The position numbers and the translations under genes are program-made. The notes beneath the pieces were generated by a model. The model was not told where the DNA came from, searched no databases, and was given only the letters and a program-made list of their open reading frames with translations. A stretch of 58,641 nt of DNA from a virus (taxonomy: Duplodnaviria; Caudoviricetes), in the IMG/VR virus record IMGVR_UViG_3300021090_000949, positions 1-58,641 of that record; one strand, given 5' to 3'. Of the stretch, positions 8,820 to 18,414 are shown one piece after another; within the stretch, counting starts at the first letter, position 1; the number at the start of each line of letters is the position of its first letter.

Positions 8820-9365
8820 CTACGTCCTCTCTTCGAATGCAGTTCTGTATTTCTGACTCAGGTAATCCACATACGCTCTGCGCTCACGCGAAGGCTCCGG
8901 GCTGAATCGATCGGAGTACTCCGCGACGTACCAGGTGCAGCACCCGCAGAGATCTTCGTTGGGCAGCTGGATATTCGACTCACAGCGGGGACAAAGCACG
9001 ATCGGCGGATTGGTACGCCGGACATCGATGTCGAAGAGAGATAGTTGGCCAGGATATTGAGTGACCAGCAGCCGACGTTGATCGGCGAGATAGAATCCCC
9101 ACATGCGCGACTCATGCCATGGGCTGCGCTGCTTCTGAGTGCAGCCAAACAGAAACGCCGAGCCGACGATCGCACCTAAGCTGCCTGATCTAAGGCAACG
9201 CGAGGTCTCTTCGACATACAGATCGGAACCAGCTGGATCCACTCGTTTCCCGGCATGGATCAGGATCGGCCCGCGATAGTCGGTCGACCAAGTGCGGTTC
9301 TCCACGTCCTTGACGCCGGAGACGATCAGTTCGGCCCAGGGCTGTTTGATTGACATGGCTTTCAT
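8820..9365 (-). CDS. ASCH domain protein
   Basis: SIKQPWAELIVSGVKDVENRTW..YRGPILIHAG. Confidence 0.85.
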   Translation of the reverse strand: MKAMSIKQPWAELIVSGVKDVENRTWSTDYRGPILIHAGKRVDPAGSDLYVEETSRCLRSGSLGAIVGSAFLFGCTQKQRSPWHESRMWGFYLADQRRLLVTQYPGQLSLFDIDVRRTNPPIVLCPRCESNIQLPNEDLCGCCTWYVAEYSDRFSPEPSRERRAYVDYLSQKYRTAFEERT

Positions 9366-9574
9366 TACCGCTTCCCCGCCACGCACCTGCAAGAATCCCG
9401 CTTCTTTTCAGATTCCTTCTTGATTCGTGGCCATATCACCAAAAACGCGTACCAGATCACGTTGAATATTACAATCCCGAATACCCATTCGTCGCCGATC
9501 GCAACCAAGCCCACACACAGGGCCGCTAACCACACTTGCCAACATATAAAGTCTTCTGATACTCCTACTCGCAT
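9365..9574 (-). CDS. Small membrane protein
   Basis: Two hydrophobic segments; GGAGG upstream. Confidence 0.5.
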   Translation of the reverse strand: MRVGVSEDFICWQVWLAALCVGLVAIGDEWVFGIVIFNVIWYAFLVIWPRIKKESEKKRDSCRCVAGKR

Positions 9575-9577
9575 GTT

Positions 9578-9775
9578 TTACCTCCCGTGCGGCATAATGC
9601 CGGTGAGAAGTGCTATCAGGTAAATAGCCAGGAACAGCGCGAACGCTTTGCCGGCACGGTCGATCGCCGGATGAGGATCGGAGAGCATCACGCCGAGGCC
9701 ACGGTTGGCCAGCGAGAGCGTCAACTTCATGGACTCGCCAATTTTCGAGCCGACAATTGCGATTCTCTTGAACAT
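9578..9775 (-). CDS. Small hypothetical membrane protein
   Basis: C-terminal hydrophobic helix; fits the operon. Confidence 0.45.
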   Translation of the reverse strand: MFKRIAIVGSKIGESMKLTLSLANRGLGVMLSDPHPAIDRAGKAFALFLAIYLIALLTGIMPHGR

Positions 9776-10149
9776 GGGATCTCCAATTTCAATGTTTCCT
9801 GTATGGGGTCCGGATGTCCGGCCGCCGCTCGTTCCTGTGCTTCATCCGCTCGAATCTGTTCGATCACAGCCTTGATGTGCCATTTCAGGCCATTCAGACG
9901 CGAGAGAAGATGCTTGAGCTTCTTGCGTTTCGCGGCAGAGCCAGGAGCCCAGAAAAAGCCCTGGTTGTTGCTGCCGATAAACGCCAGTTTCCGTTCCGTC
10001 AGATAGGCGGCCAGCTTCCGGAATTCGGGATCCGTGAGATCAAGCAGGGGATGCAGTAGACGCGATGGGACTGGCTTGTCAGACGGAATTGTCCGCACCA
10101 GCGTGATCAGTGCATCTTTGGAAGCGAGCAGTTCCGGCGAAACGCGCAT
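9727..10149 (-). CDS. Hypothetical protein, possible winged-helix domain
   Basis: Helix-helix then IGSNNQGFFWA wing-like segment. Confidence 0.5.
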   Translation of the reverse strand: MRVSPELLASKDALITLVRTIPSDKPVPSRLLHPLLDLTDPEFRKLAAYLTERKLAFIGSNNQGFFWAPGSAAKRKKLKHLLSRLNGLKWHIKAVIEQIRADEAQERAAAGHPDPIQETLKLEIPCSRESQLSARKLASP

Positions 10150-10219
10150 AGCTTTACCCGCGTCCGCCTTCTCGTGTTGTCTTTGTCATCCCTGATGGTC
10201 CCGGTGTCCTGTCAATTCG

Positions 10220-11134
10220 TTATGCGGCCTTGGTGTCCTTGGTGGCTTTCCCTTTATGGGATGCTTTTGGTATTGATGCTGCCAAACCGAGCACCTCCCG
10301 GGCCTTCGCAATGAGCTTGGATCCCTGGAGTGTGGGCTTGTTGTTGATTTGAGCTCGCACGCCACGCGCAGGGGCGAGTCGGAAACGAGGCGAGTTCCCC
10401 CCTTGAACGATGAAGTGCTTACCATCATCGGGAGCTTCGTAGATCTCACCAGCCCATTCGGAGGCGATCGCTTTGATCATATCTCGATCGGTCAGCCCGG
10501 CTTTGATTCGGCCGGCCCAGCGATCGATCGCTTCTTTATCGCGAATCAGCAACGCGACCTGCAGCCGCTCTTCAAGCGAGTCGGCGATGAAGGTTGGGAG
10601 TTCGAGTTTCCCCGCCGAGTGATCCACCAGGGGGGGACGCGGTGCGGCCGATTCATCGACCGGACCCTTAGTCTCACCGGAGGGCTGGCTCGCTTCATCA
10701 GGAGCCGGATTCGTCTCACTCGTAGGCGCCTTTTCGTCAGCGGGCTTCGCCGGCTCATCCAATTTGTAACTGCGCTTATCCTGCGCGGTGATAGAGATGT
10801 GGATCTCCTTGGAGTCGTCCTGGCTCATGGCGAAGAGCTTCGACCGATCTTCCATCGAGACGTTCTTCATGTCGATGCCGATCGAATACTCGCGATCGCG
10901 CAACTTCGGTTTGTCGGCCCGAAGCGCCACGCCAGGGATCGTAACCCCGCTCCTGAAGTCGATCTCCACCTGGTCCTTGGTGGCCATAGACCGCATATTG
11001 ACGATGAACTTCTTGAATGATTCCACCCACCTGTCGAGGGTGAAGCGATTGGCGCAGGAGACTTGCCCGTGCAGGATGACTCCTTCGCCGACATCAACTT
11101 TGTCGATTTTCTCTGTTGGGATAAAGCCGGACAT
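10220..11134 (-). CDS. Hypothetical protein
   Basis: Long co-oriented ORF with GGAGG RBS. Confidence 0.7.
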   Translation of the reverse strand: MSGFIPTEKIDKVDVGEGVILHGQVSCANRFTLDRWVESFKKFIVNMRSMATKDQVEIDFRSGVTIPGVALRADKPKLRDREYSIGIDMKNVSMEDRSKLFAMSQDDSKEIHISITAQDKRSYKLDEPAKPADEKAPTSETNPAPDEASQPSGETKGPVDESAAPRPPLVDHSAGKLELPTFIADSLEERLQVALLIRDKEAIDRWAGRIKAGLTDRDMIKAIASEWAGEIYEAPDDGKHFIVQGGNSPRFRLAPARGVRAQINNKPTLQGSKLIAKAREVLGLAASIPKASHKGKATKDTKAA

Positions 11135-11162
11135 AAAACCTCCGTGTAGTGTGACTATGTTG

Positions 11163-11393
11163 TTAACTCAGACGCTTCTCGTGCCGCAGCTGGTCAGCCT
11201 CGGCGTTCACCTTCTCAAGCTGTCGTGCTTTGGCTGCCCGCTCGTCGATCAGAACCTTCATCCGCTCGGCGTGCTGTCGTCCCAGTTCGCGCAGTTGTTC
11301 GTTCAGGTCTTTGATCTGATCCTCGAGCTGGTAATGCTGGACATCCAGTTCGTTCAAACGAGCATTGCGATCCTGATAAATCTGCTGCGTCAT
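11163..11393 (-). CDS. Coiled-coil hypothetical protein
   Basis: Heptad pattern; AAGGA RBS. Confidence 0.6.
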   Translation of the reverse strand: MTQQIYQDRNARLNELDVQHYQLEDQIKDLNEQLRELGRQHAERMKVLIDERAAKARQLEKVNAEADQLRHEKRLS

Positions 11394-11400
11394 AGCGTCC

Positions 11401-11616
11401 TTACTGCGTTAGAGCTTTTATTAACTTTCCGGCCAACGGCATCAGGAAATCGAGATAGACCATGATCACTACCACCCCGGCAATCAGCGCCACTAATAGC
11501 TGTGCGCCGATATACCGGAAGTGGGAGGTAACGCCGGCATGGGAACCGTGCCGCCGATAGTTCGCGGCCCGATAACGGGCAAGCTGTCGCTTTTGATAAT
11601 CGTTCAGATCGGCCAT
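11401..11616 (-). CDS. Small membrane protein
   Basis: One TM helix; GGAGG RBS. Confidence 0.55.
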   Translation of the reverse strand: MADLNDYQKRQLARYRAANYRRHGSHAGVTSHFRYIGAQLLVALIAGVVVIMVYLDFLMPLAGKLIKALTQ

Positions 11617-11618
11617 GG

Positions 11619-11939
11619 TTATATATCCTCCGCAAAGCCCGTCGGGCGTTGCTGGTCAGGTTTATTCGCCAGGTAAGCTGCGACCTTCGCCTCACTGCCC
11701 CACGCGTCGGTCGGCAACGTACTGAGACAGAGTCCGACGATGTCGGAGAGATTGGCCATGCTGCAGGGATGGGCATGTGTAACGGCCACGATCAGATCGT
11801 TCTCCAGCACGCCGCGCAGGAAACTTCCGGGCGGGATTCTCTGAAAGGCGTATCGGAAGAGACCGTCGACGATCTCAAGCGGTACGGTCGGATAGAGCTT
11901 TCGGGCCATTCCTTCCGCTTCCTGTTGGGTCGTGATCAT
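11619..11939 (-). CDS. Phage hypothetical protein
   Basis: PPGSFLRGVLENDL..AWGS motif; ATGA overlap with sbcC. Confidence 0.65.
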   Translation of the reverse strand: MITTQQEAEGMARKLYPTVPLEIVDGLFRYAFQRIPPGSFLRGVLENDLIVAVTHAHPCSMANLSDIVGLCLSTLPTDAWGSEAKVAAYLANKPDQQRPTGFAEDI

Positions 11940-14389
11940 GCTGTCTCCATTACGATTCCCTTGCCCTTGACAAAGCGCAGGCGGTTGGGGATCAAGTCTT
12001 GGATTGATTCGCGGTGGCTGATCAGCAGGGTCTGATGCATGACGGATATGCGATGAGCGGCCTCAACTGCCTTGATATAATCGATAGCGCGGTCGCCATC
12101 GAGGGCCCCATCACATTCATCCCGAATAGCCGTTCTCAGGTCCAAGCCCGAGCGGCGCCGCAGCATATTGGCGATAGAGTCATATATGACCTGGTCGACG
12201 ATCACCTCTTCCCCGCCTGATAGGTCGGAGAGTTCGCGCGGACCATTCGGCGTATTAACCGTGACGTAGAATCCGTCGACCATCTTCTTCCCGTCAGCCG
12301 ACGGTCGGCAGGTTGAAATCTCAATTGTCCACGGCCGCCCATAGAGCACGAGCAACTCATTCGCGAACGGCGTCATCTCCGCACCGGCGGACTCGACCAG
12401 CATGGATTGGAAGCCGCCTGTGCGCGACAGCGACTGCGCCAGGTGATCCCAGTCGGCCAGGTCGGCTTGAGCCTCGGCGAGCTGGACCTTGGCCACCTGC
12501 AGTTCCTCGATCGATTGCCCGGCCCTGGTCTTGTCCTCGGTTAGGCGCGCGATGTTCGCTTCTCCCTTGGCCACGTCTGAGGCGGTGGAGAGCTTGATCG
12601 TCTCGACCTTCTTGAGTGCCTCGCGCAGATCGCGCAATCGCAGTTCGAGGGTAAATTCGATCTGAGGCTCGAGCGCGGAGATCTCGCCCTTGACGGAATC
12701 GATCTGTAGCTTGAGATCAGTCAGCTTGTTGATAGATTCGTTCTGCAGTTCCTCAAGGCGTGCCCGATTCTCGCTGACCTTTTGCATCAAGTTCTCGACC
12801 TTGGCGCGAATCTCTCGGATCTTCCTCTTTTGGCCCGGATAGTCAGCCTTCTCGCATTCGTCGTGCTTGCGCTGGATAGTTTGCGAAGCGGTAAGATCAA
12901 AGCCGAGAGCCCGCAGGTCATTCCAAGCAGTATCGATCGCAATCTCCAGAGGCACGCAGGCAATCTCCCAATTAGGTTGTGCATCAATCGCCTGTTGGGC
13001 GAGGCCGATCTTTCCCTTCAATTCCTTCGAAGCCGCAGTCCAGGCGGCTTCTGCCTCGGTGAGCTTCGTGGAAAGTCCGGCGATCTGCAGAATCGCATCA
13101 TTGGCATCCTTGAGGAACTGACACGACTTGCATTGTTCACGGCATTCTATCGGGATCGTTTCGTCCTGGCATGGCACAGTCTGCAAGATCTGAGTGGACC
13201 GGGTCTTGCGCGTGATCTCCTCTGCCAACTGCTTGCGAGTAAACTCCGCTCGCGACTCGACTTGATGGTAATCAGTCTGTGCGGCGGTCAGGATCGCCTG
13301 CAGCCGATGGCGCTCGATGTCGTAGTTCGCCTCCGCTATTTCAAGCGCTCGTTTAGCCTCTACATGCTTTGCCACCAGGTTCGAATACTGTTGTCGAGCT
13401 TCGAGAGTCGCCTGATAGTCGGCCTTGGCTTGTTCCGCCATACTGATGCAGCCGTCGATAGCAACTTCATCTTCCAGCGAACATTGAGGGAATAGTCTAT
13501 CGATCTCCTGCTGGTCGGTGTCGATGAAAATCTTGAGCTGGCGCCCCTTCTGTACGGTGCTGTCCTGAATCGACAAATGCTCTGTGTTGAGTGAGGTGAG
13601 CCGGGACTTGGCCTGTGACAGCTTTGACTGAGCAACCGCCTGCGCGGTCTGCTTGGCCTGGTAGATATCCAGGTCAGCCTTATGCTGGGTGATCTCCGTA
13701 TCGAGGCCGACGATCTTTAGCCGATCGGCATCCAGTGCCTTCTGGCAGAGATCGATATCTGAGTCGATCGCGTCGAGTGATCGCGTTGACCTGGCCAGAG
13801 CCTCAATCTCGCCATTCTTGTTGGCAATATCTTCTCTGACGGACTTGGCTGACTGATTGGCATAGTCATACTTTGCCTGGAGATGTCCGGCTCCGAACAG
13901 TTCGAGCAATAGGTCCTTGCGCTTGGCGCCATCGATCTTCGAGAACGGGAGCCGGCGCTGCGGCATGAAAAGCGACGAGAAAAACAGGTCCGCGTCTCCG
14001 AACAGCTTAGTGACAATAACGTCGTACCCTTCGGCGTTGCCGTCCGGATTCAGGCACCCACCGTTCTTATAGACATACGACTTGATGGCCGGCGTCTTGA
14101 GGGTCGGGTTCATTTCGATCAGGAAGCGATACTCATCGTCGCCGATGGACAACAACAGATCTCGACAGCTATCCTTGAGACAGAACTGGCGCGCCAGTCC
14201 ACCCGGGCGCGATCGCAAAGATCGGAATGGCGTTAGGTTTTCGATCACAGTGGTCTTGCCGGCGCCGTTCTCGCCGATCAGCGCGATCAGGCCGGAAGAG
14301 AATTCTCGGAAGTCGATGTTGATCTCTTCAAGACCGAGACCTTCGCGGATACCAATGGCGCCGCGGAGACGGAGTGTTAGCAATTTCAT
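11936..14389 (-). CDS. sbcC: SbcC/Rad50-like SMC ATPase
   Basis: Walker A GENGAGKT, long coiled coil with central CxxC (CKSC), signature LSGGE, DECDGALD, LISH. Confidence 0.9.
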   Translation of the reverse strand: MKLLTLRLRGAIGIREGLGLEEINIDFREFSSGLIALIGENGAGKTTVIENLTPFRSLRSRPGGLARQFCLKDSCRDLLLSIGDDEYRFLIEMNPTLKTPAIKSYVYKNGGCLNPDGNAEGYDVIVTKLFGDADLFFSSLFMPQRRLPFSKIDGAKRKDLLLELFGAGHLQAKYDYANQSAKSVREDIANKNGEIEALARSTRSLDAIDSDIDLCQKALDADRLKIVGLDTEITQHKADLDIYQAKQTAQAVAQSKLSQAKSRLTSLNTEHLSIQDSTVQKGRQLKIFIDTDQQEIDRLFPQCSLEDEVAIDGCISMAEQAKADYQATLEARQQYSNLVAKHVEAKRALEIAEANYDIERHRLQAILTAAQTDYHQVESRAEFTRKQLAEEITRKTRSTQILQTVPCQDETIPIECREQCKSCQFLKDANDAILQIAGLSTKLTEAEAAWTAASKELKGKIGLAQQAIDAQPNWEIACVPLEIAIDTAWNDLRALGFDLTASQTIQRKHDECEKADYPGQKRKIREIRAKVENLMQKVSENRARLEELQNESINKLTDLKLQIDSVKGEISALEPQIEFTLELRLRDLREALKKVETIKLSTASDVAKGEANIARLTEDKTRAGQSIEELQVAKVQLAEAQADLADWDHLAQSLSRTGGFQSMLVESAGAEMTPFANELLVLYGRPWTIEISTCRPSADGKKMVDGFYVTVNTPNGPRELSDLSGGEEVIVDQVIYDSIANMLRRRSGLDLRTAIRDECDGALDGDRAIDYIKAVEAAHRISVMHQTLLISHRESIQDLIPNRLRFVKGKGIVMETA

Positions 14390-15576
14390 ATGGCCACCAC
14401 TTTCTCGTCGACGAGATCCGCCTTGGCCAGAGCGCCTGGTCGCGGCTCTTCACTCTTAGCCGTACAGACCGCCTCATATTGTGATCGCGTGGTTTCTTTG
14501 CTGGAGATGTCCGCGATACGTTCGCGATTGGTGGCCCGGATCGTCCGCTCGATCGCGGCGACATCGATGCCGAGTTGCTTAAGTTTCAAGCGGATATACA
14601 TGTCGTCGACCTGGTGAGCGATCTCCTTCGGGACCGAATAGACCACCTTTACTTCAACATCGCTAAAGTCAGGCGGCCAGTCAGAGCCACCAAATATACA
14701 TTCCCACTCGCCATCGATCTGCCGCCCGGTGAATACGACATCGACCTTCACCATCGGCCGATGCGGATATGGTACCTTGTCCCATTGGATCAGCAGACCG
14801 GAATGTTCATCGAATTCCAGCACGTTGAAACTCTTGGGATCGAGCTCACCCCAATTACAGGGGTAACTGGAGCCGCAGTAGGCGACAAAGTCAGGAGACT
14901 CAGGTTCGCCCCAGTGTTGCGCTTTATGGATATGCCCCAGCAGTATGGCGTCGGCATTCGTAAGTGCGAGATCGTCCAGACCTATGGCCAAATCGGAAGC
15001 GTATAGCGTTTGTCCTGATGCAGTAGCGCAACCGGTCACGCTCCAATGCCCTAACAGTATCTTCGGGCCCGCGAAATGCTTCCAGCGATCTGCGATATTC
15101 AATAGAATGCTACGGATGATATCATCCGGCTCGCCTTCGGGCAGACCCAGTTCGACCGCCCACTTTGACAGCATCGGTTTGTTGATCGCAGGCAATGCGG
15201 CCAGTCGGAAATGCTTCTCTTCGTTGAAGCCGATATCCACTGGCGTAATGCCAGGAGTGTCGAGCACGGTGAAACTCTCGCCCGATGCCTGGCGCAAATT
15301 ATGCAGGAAGCCATATGGTTCGTGGGATGGCGTGCCCTGCAGGAACACCAACGGACATGTCACGGACCGGATCAGCTTCAACAGCGGCCGTAGGTGCTCC
15401 GAGTGCACGTGCAATGGCTTCTCTGTAGTGTCACCGGTACAGACAACAATATCCGGATGGCTGGCGACGGAGTTATCGTTGTGAAGCTGCTCGATCAGAA
15501 AGTCGATAGACGCAGCCGCCTTCTCCGGATATTCGCCGCCGAGATGCAGGTCACCGATATGAACGATCTTGATCAC
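14386..15576 (-). CDS. sbcD: SbcD/Mre11-like metallophosphoesterase nuclease
   Basis: HIGDLH, TGD, GTPSHE, LGHIH, YCGS; directly upstream of sbcC; GTG start. Confidence 0.9.
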   Translation of the reverse strand: MIKIVHIGDLHLGGEYPEKAAASIDFLIEQLHNDNSVASHPDIVVCTGDTTEKPLHVHSEHLRPLLKLIRSVTCPLVFLQGTPSHEPYGFLHNLRQASGESFTVLDTPGITPVDIGFNEEKHFRLAALPAINKPMLSKWAVELGLPEGEPDDIIRSILLNIADRWKHFAGPKILLGHWSVTGCATASGQTLYASDLAIGLDDLALTNADAILLGHIHKAQHWGEPESPDFVAYCGSSYPCNWGELDPKSFNVLEFDEHSGLLIQWDKVPYPHRPMVKVDVVFTGRQIDGEWECIFGGSDWPPDFSDVEVKVVYSVPKEIAHQVDDMYIRLKLKQLGIDVAAIERTIRATNRERIADISSKETTRSQYEAVCTAKSEEPRPGALAKADLVDEKVVAI

Positions 15577-16778
15577 ACGGCCCCCTCTTTCACTGCCGCA
15601 TCCCATGCAGTCATCAATCGATAGAAGTCCTCCGCGAGCACATCGTTTATCCCCTTACTGGCATACATGCCGTCGAAGTTCTCGAGGAAAGCGAGGAATT
15701 GCTTGTCGGTTCTTTTGTTGTCGTGGATGGCGGAGTTGAGCGCCTTGATCTGCGAGACCGACAGGGTCGCGCCTGGAGTCGCCTTCGTTGGCTCTTTCCC
15801 TTCTGGTTGAGCAGCTGCTGGCTCGGCAGGCTGAGTCTCGACTCTCGGCATCTCCAAAGTTCCCTTTTCACAGGCTGTACAGATCTCCTCGTACACTCCC
15901 CGACCGATCTTCCGATCGTCGTCAAGTCCGTACTTGGCCAGTAGCCATGCCTTGAATTCCTGATTGTCGATCTTGTGCGTTTGGCGGATGCCGTAGAGAC
16001 GTCCGGATTGCTTCTGCGAAATCGTATCGCCGTATTTCTTCTGGGCTTCAGCATCCGTCAGGGGTTTGGTGTGGACCGTGGCAGAAGCCTGAGAAGTCGC
16101 GCTGCCAGTAGTATCTCCGCCTTCGGAGCCAGGTTCACCTTCATCCGGATCCTTAGTCGTAAATAGATCCGATGTTGCCGTAGCGAGAACAGTCGCGCCG
16201 ATGAAAGCTCGTTTTTGAGCCATCTTTCGAACGGTATTGCGCTTGTCTGCAAGATTGTCTACCAGGATTCGATATTGAACCCCTTTATTCTCCCCTCTGC
16301 CGCCCACTCGCTGTGGCAGCGAACGGAGGTCCGTTCCCGTAGGCAGTTGACTCTCATACTTCCATTCGAAGCGGTATTTTGATTCGTGCGTTGAGCAGTC
16401 ACCTTCGCATTGGGCGAGCAGGATATTGCTCCCCTTTTGCTTGATATCACATCGATACGTATACGCGAAGAGGTCGATCTCCCAATCCTCTTTCTCTGCG
16501 GTGACCACGAAGCTCGGATAGTAGCCATGCCAATCGAGCAACTTCTCGGCACCCGGCTTTAGAAGCGACCGCTCTTTTGTGCCCGGAATAATCGCGAAAT
16601 CGTTATTGAGCCCCTCCGTGAGATTGTTTTTGAGAAACTCTTTTTTGAGTTTGATCATGTCGGACATACGCTGCATCTTAGCGCGCAATACCTGAGGATC
16701 ACTCGTCGTGGAAAGCGCCAATTCGTTTCCAGCGTGGATCTCCCCGGTGTAGGTGTTGATCTGTTCGTTGTCAGACAT
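15573..16778 (-). CDS. Putative single-strand annealing/recombination protein
   Basis: SLLKPGAEKL and NTVRKMAQKRAF..A..SDLFT motifs; next to sbcDC. Confidence 0.55.
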   Translation of the reverse strand: MSDNEQINTYTGEIHAGNELALSTTSDPQVLRAKMQRMSDMIKLKKEFLKNNLTEGLNNDFAIIPGTKERSLLKPGAEKLLDWHGYYPSFVVTAEKEDWEIDLFAYTYRCDIKQKGSNILLAQCEGDCSTHESKYRFEWKYESQLPTGTDLRSLPQRVGGRGENKGVQYRILVDNLADKRNTVRKMAQKRAFIGATVLATATSDLFTTKDPDEGEPGSEGGDTTGSATSQASATVHTKPLTDAEAQKKYGDTISQKQSGRLYGIRQTHKIDNQEFKAWLLAKYGLDDDRKIGRGVYEEICTACEKGTLEMPRVETQPAEPAAAQPEGKEPTKATPGATLSVSQIKALNSAIHDNKRTDKQFLAFLENFDGMYASKGINDVLAEDFYRLMTAWDAAVKEGAV

Positions 16779-17284
16779 CAGTTATCTCCCCTCTCTTCGG
16801 CCGCCTCGATCGTGGCCGCCCACTGCTTAATGTCTGCGATCGGGATCGCAAAGCTGATCTGCGGCAGGCTGGCGATGAATTGGAACTTGAACTTCATGTA
16901 GTATCGCTCGGCGAACTCTCTGTCCGTGAGTTCCAGCAGGACGGCCAGGGCGAGCTGGGCAGGGCCTGATCCGGCATAGCCCCAGTTGAATCCATCCGGC
17001 GAATGGTTAACAATCGACTGCGACTTTGCGGGATCCAATAGATGACCGTTGAGCCAGCATTCGCGGGTCGCCATGTTGCCGGTGAGATAGTCTTTCATCG
17101 GCCCGAATCCCGGGAGAACTTCGAACTGAGCGGCGTGAGCGGTAAATCCGCATTGGCAACACTCGGCCTGTTCTATCCCGTCGTTAGTGCTTCGATTCAG
17201 AGCGGTCGAATTGCATTGAGGACAGGAATCCTCTGTCGACGCGGCAGCCGTATGCGGACGCGCGCCGTTGGAATCATTGTGCAT
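16778..17284 (-). CDS. DUF6166 domain protein with N-terminal Zn ribbon
   Basis: NHSPDGFNWGYAGSGPAQLALAVL; CPQC..CCQCG. Confidence 0.75.
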   Translation of the reverse strand: MHNDSNGARPHTAAASTEDSCPQCNSTALNRSTNDGIEQAECCQCGFTAHAAQFEVLPGFGPMKDYLTGNMATRECWLNGHLLDPAKSQSIVNHSPDGFNWGYAGSGPAQLALAVLLELTDREFAERYYMKFKFQFIASLPQISFAIPIADIKQWAATIEAAEERGDN

Positions 17285-17772
17285 GTTTCCTTCCTTCTAT
17301 TCTGCGTGTGAATCTGATTTCGTGATCCGACCATGAACCGATAGACAAAATCGGTCCGGGTCAAAGATGGTCTGCCCAGGGTTAGCAATTTCCCCTGTTT
17401 GGCGGCAAGCCAAAGCGTGCGGCGACTGATGTTCAGATGCTTTTCGCACCAAGCGAAATTCACCGGCATCTTAACCGCATCGAGGTCCACCCTATTCCCC
17501 TGGTCATCGACGAAGCTGTACTTCCAGTCGGATCGTGACTTGCGCTTGCGATCGGGAATGGAGGGGCACGCCGGAGCAGGTGAGACACTATCACTTGGAG
17601 GTGAGTCATTCCCTGCGTCCGACGAACCGCAATTGAAGGACGCGCGTTCCGCTGAGCCAGCACCTTCGGGGCGGGGAAACGATGCAGGCGGCGTCGGCGC
17701 GCCCAATGAATCGTTGACAAACTGAGCTTTTATGTTATCTTGCGCATTCACGGATTGATCATTCCCCGACAT
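17197..17772 (-). CDS. Hypothetical protein with excisionase-like HTH region
   Basis: EKHLNISRRTLWLAAKQGKL resembles HTH_17/Xis. Confidence 0.5.
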   Translation of the reverse strand: MSGNDQSVNAQDNIKAQFVNDSLGAPTPPASFPRPEGAGSAERASFNCGSSDAGNDSPPSDSVSPAPACPSIPDRKRKSRSDWKYSFVDDQGNRVDLDAVKMPVNFAWCEKHLNISRRTLWLAAKQGKLLTLGRPSLTRTDFVYRFMVGSRNQIHTQNRRKETCTMIPTARVRIRLPRRQRIPVLNAIRPL

Positions 17773-17780
17773 GATGTCCC

Positions 17781-17984
17781 CTACTTAGTCCCGTTTCCTG
17801 AGGGCTCTATGACTATGACCATCGTTGGCTTGGGGTCGTCTTCCATTTCCTTGCTGCGAAGGAACTCAACCCGATCTCCGGCGCGTATGCCGTATCTCTG
17901 GCGAAGAAACGCGGGCAGCTTGATGTATAGCGTTCCGCCAACTTCCTTCACCTCATGCGCGTCTATTGGTACGAGATTTTCCAT
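17781..17984 (-). CDS. AbrB/MazE/SpoVT family DNA-binding protein in the Cro position
   Basis: GGTLYIKLPAFLRQRYGIRAGDRVEF; divergent from repressor; AAGGAG RBS. Confidence 0.8.
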   Translation of the reverse strand: MENLVPIDAHEVKEVGGTLYIKLPAFLRQRYGIRAGDRVEFLRSKEMEDDPKPTMVIVIEPSGNGTK

Positions 17985-17985
17985 A

Positions 17986-18061
17986 TTTAGAATCCTAAAC
18001 TCCTTAGTTAAAAAAACGCCATACTCGGCCTTTCCGTGCTTAATGTATTTAGAATTCTAAA
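17986..18061. repeat. Two palindromic operator-like sites TTTAGAATYCTAAA (17986-17999, 18048-18061)
   Basis: One perfect 14-bp palindrome and one copy with a single mismatch. Confidence 0.7.
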
Positions 18062-18070
18062 ACTTGTCAA
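18042..18070 (-). promoter_or_regulatory. Sigma70-type promoter of the early operon
   Basis: TTGACA-17 bp-TACATT. Confidence 0.7.
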
Positions 18071-18078
18071 GAGAAATC

Positions 18079-18107
18079 TTGCGAATAGTCGCACTTTCCC
18101 TTAGAAT
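18079..18107 (+). promoter_or_regulatory. Candidate repressor promoter
   Basis: TTGCGA-17 bp-TAGAAT. Confidence 0.45.
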
Positions 18108-18130
18108 CTTCTTGTCGAGCCTAAATCGCC

Positions 18131-18412
18131 ATGTATTATAGGTTTGTGGCTGAATCCTTCGGAGAAAGACTTGATCGATTGATGAAAGAGCGTGATTTGA
18201 ACCAGGCAGAATTAGCTCGTCTGGCAGATGTAGAGCCTGCTTCAATTCACGGCTACCTAAAGAGCAACCGGCGCGTCGGAGTTTATCCGCGCATTGATAT
18301 TATCCTGAAGCTCTGCAAGGCCCTTCGAGTGACCCCGAACGACCTTCTCGGCGGCGATTATTTACTTGACATACCCAAGTCCTTTTTGTATATTGAGTAC
18401 AGAAAGGATTAA
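18131..18412 (+). CDS. XRE/Cro-CI HTH repressor; 3' end supplied by the IS
   Basis: FGERL..LNQAELARLADV..SIHGY..PRIDIILKLCKALRVTPNDLLG; IS left end starts at 18352/18353. Confidence 0.85.
   Translation: MYYRFVAESFGERLDRLMKERDLNQAELARLADVEPASIHGYLKSNRRVGVYPRIDIILKLCKALRVTPNDLLGGDYLLDIPKSFLYIEYRKD
18366..18394 (+). promoter_or_regulatory. Transposase promoter overlapping left IR
   Basis: TTGACA-17 bp-TATATT. Confidence 0.6.
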
Positions 18413-18414
18413 CA

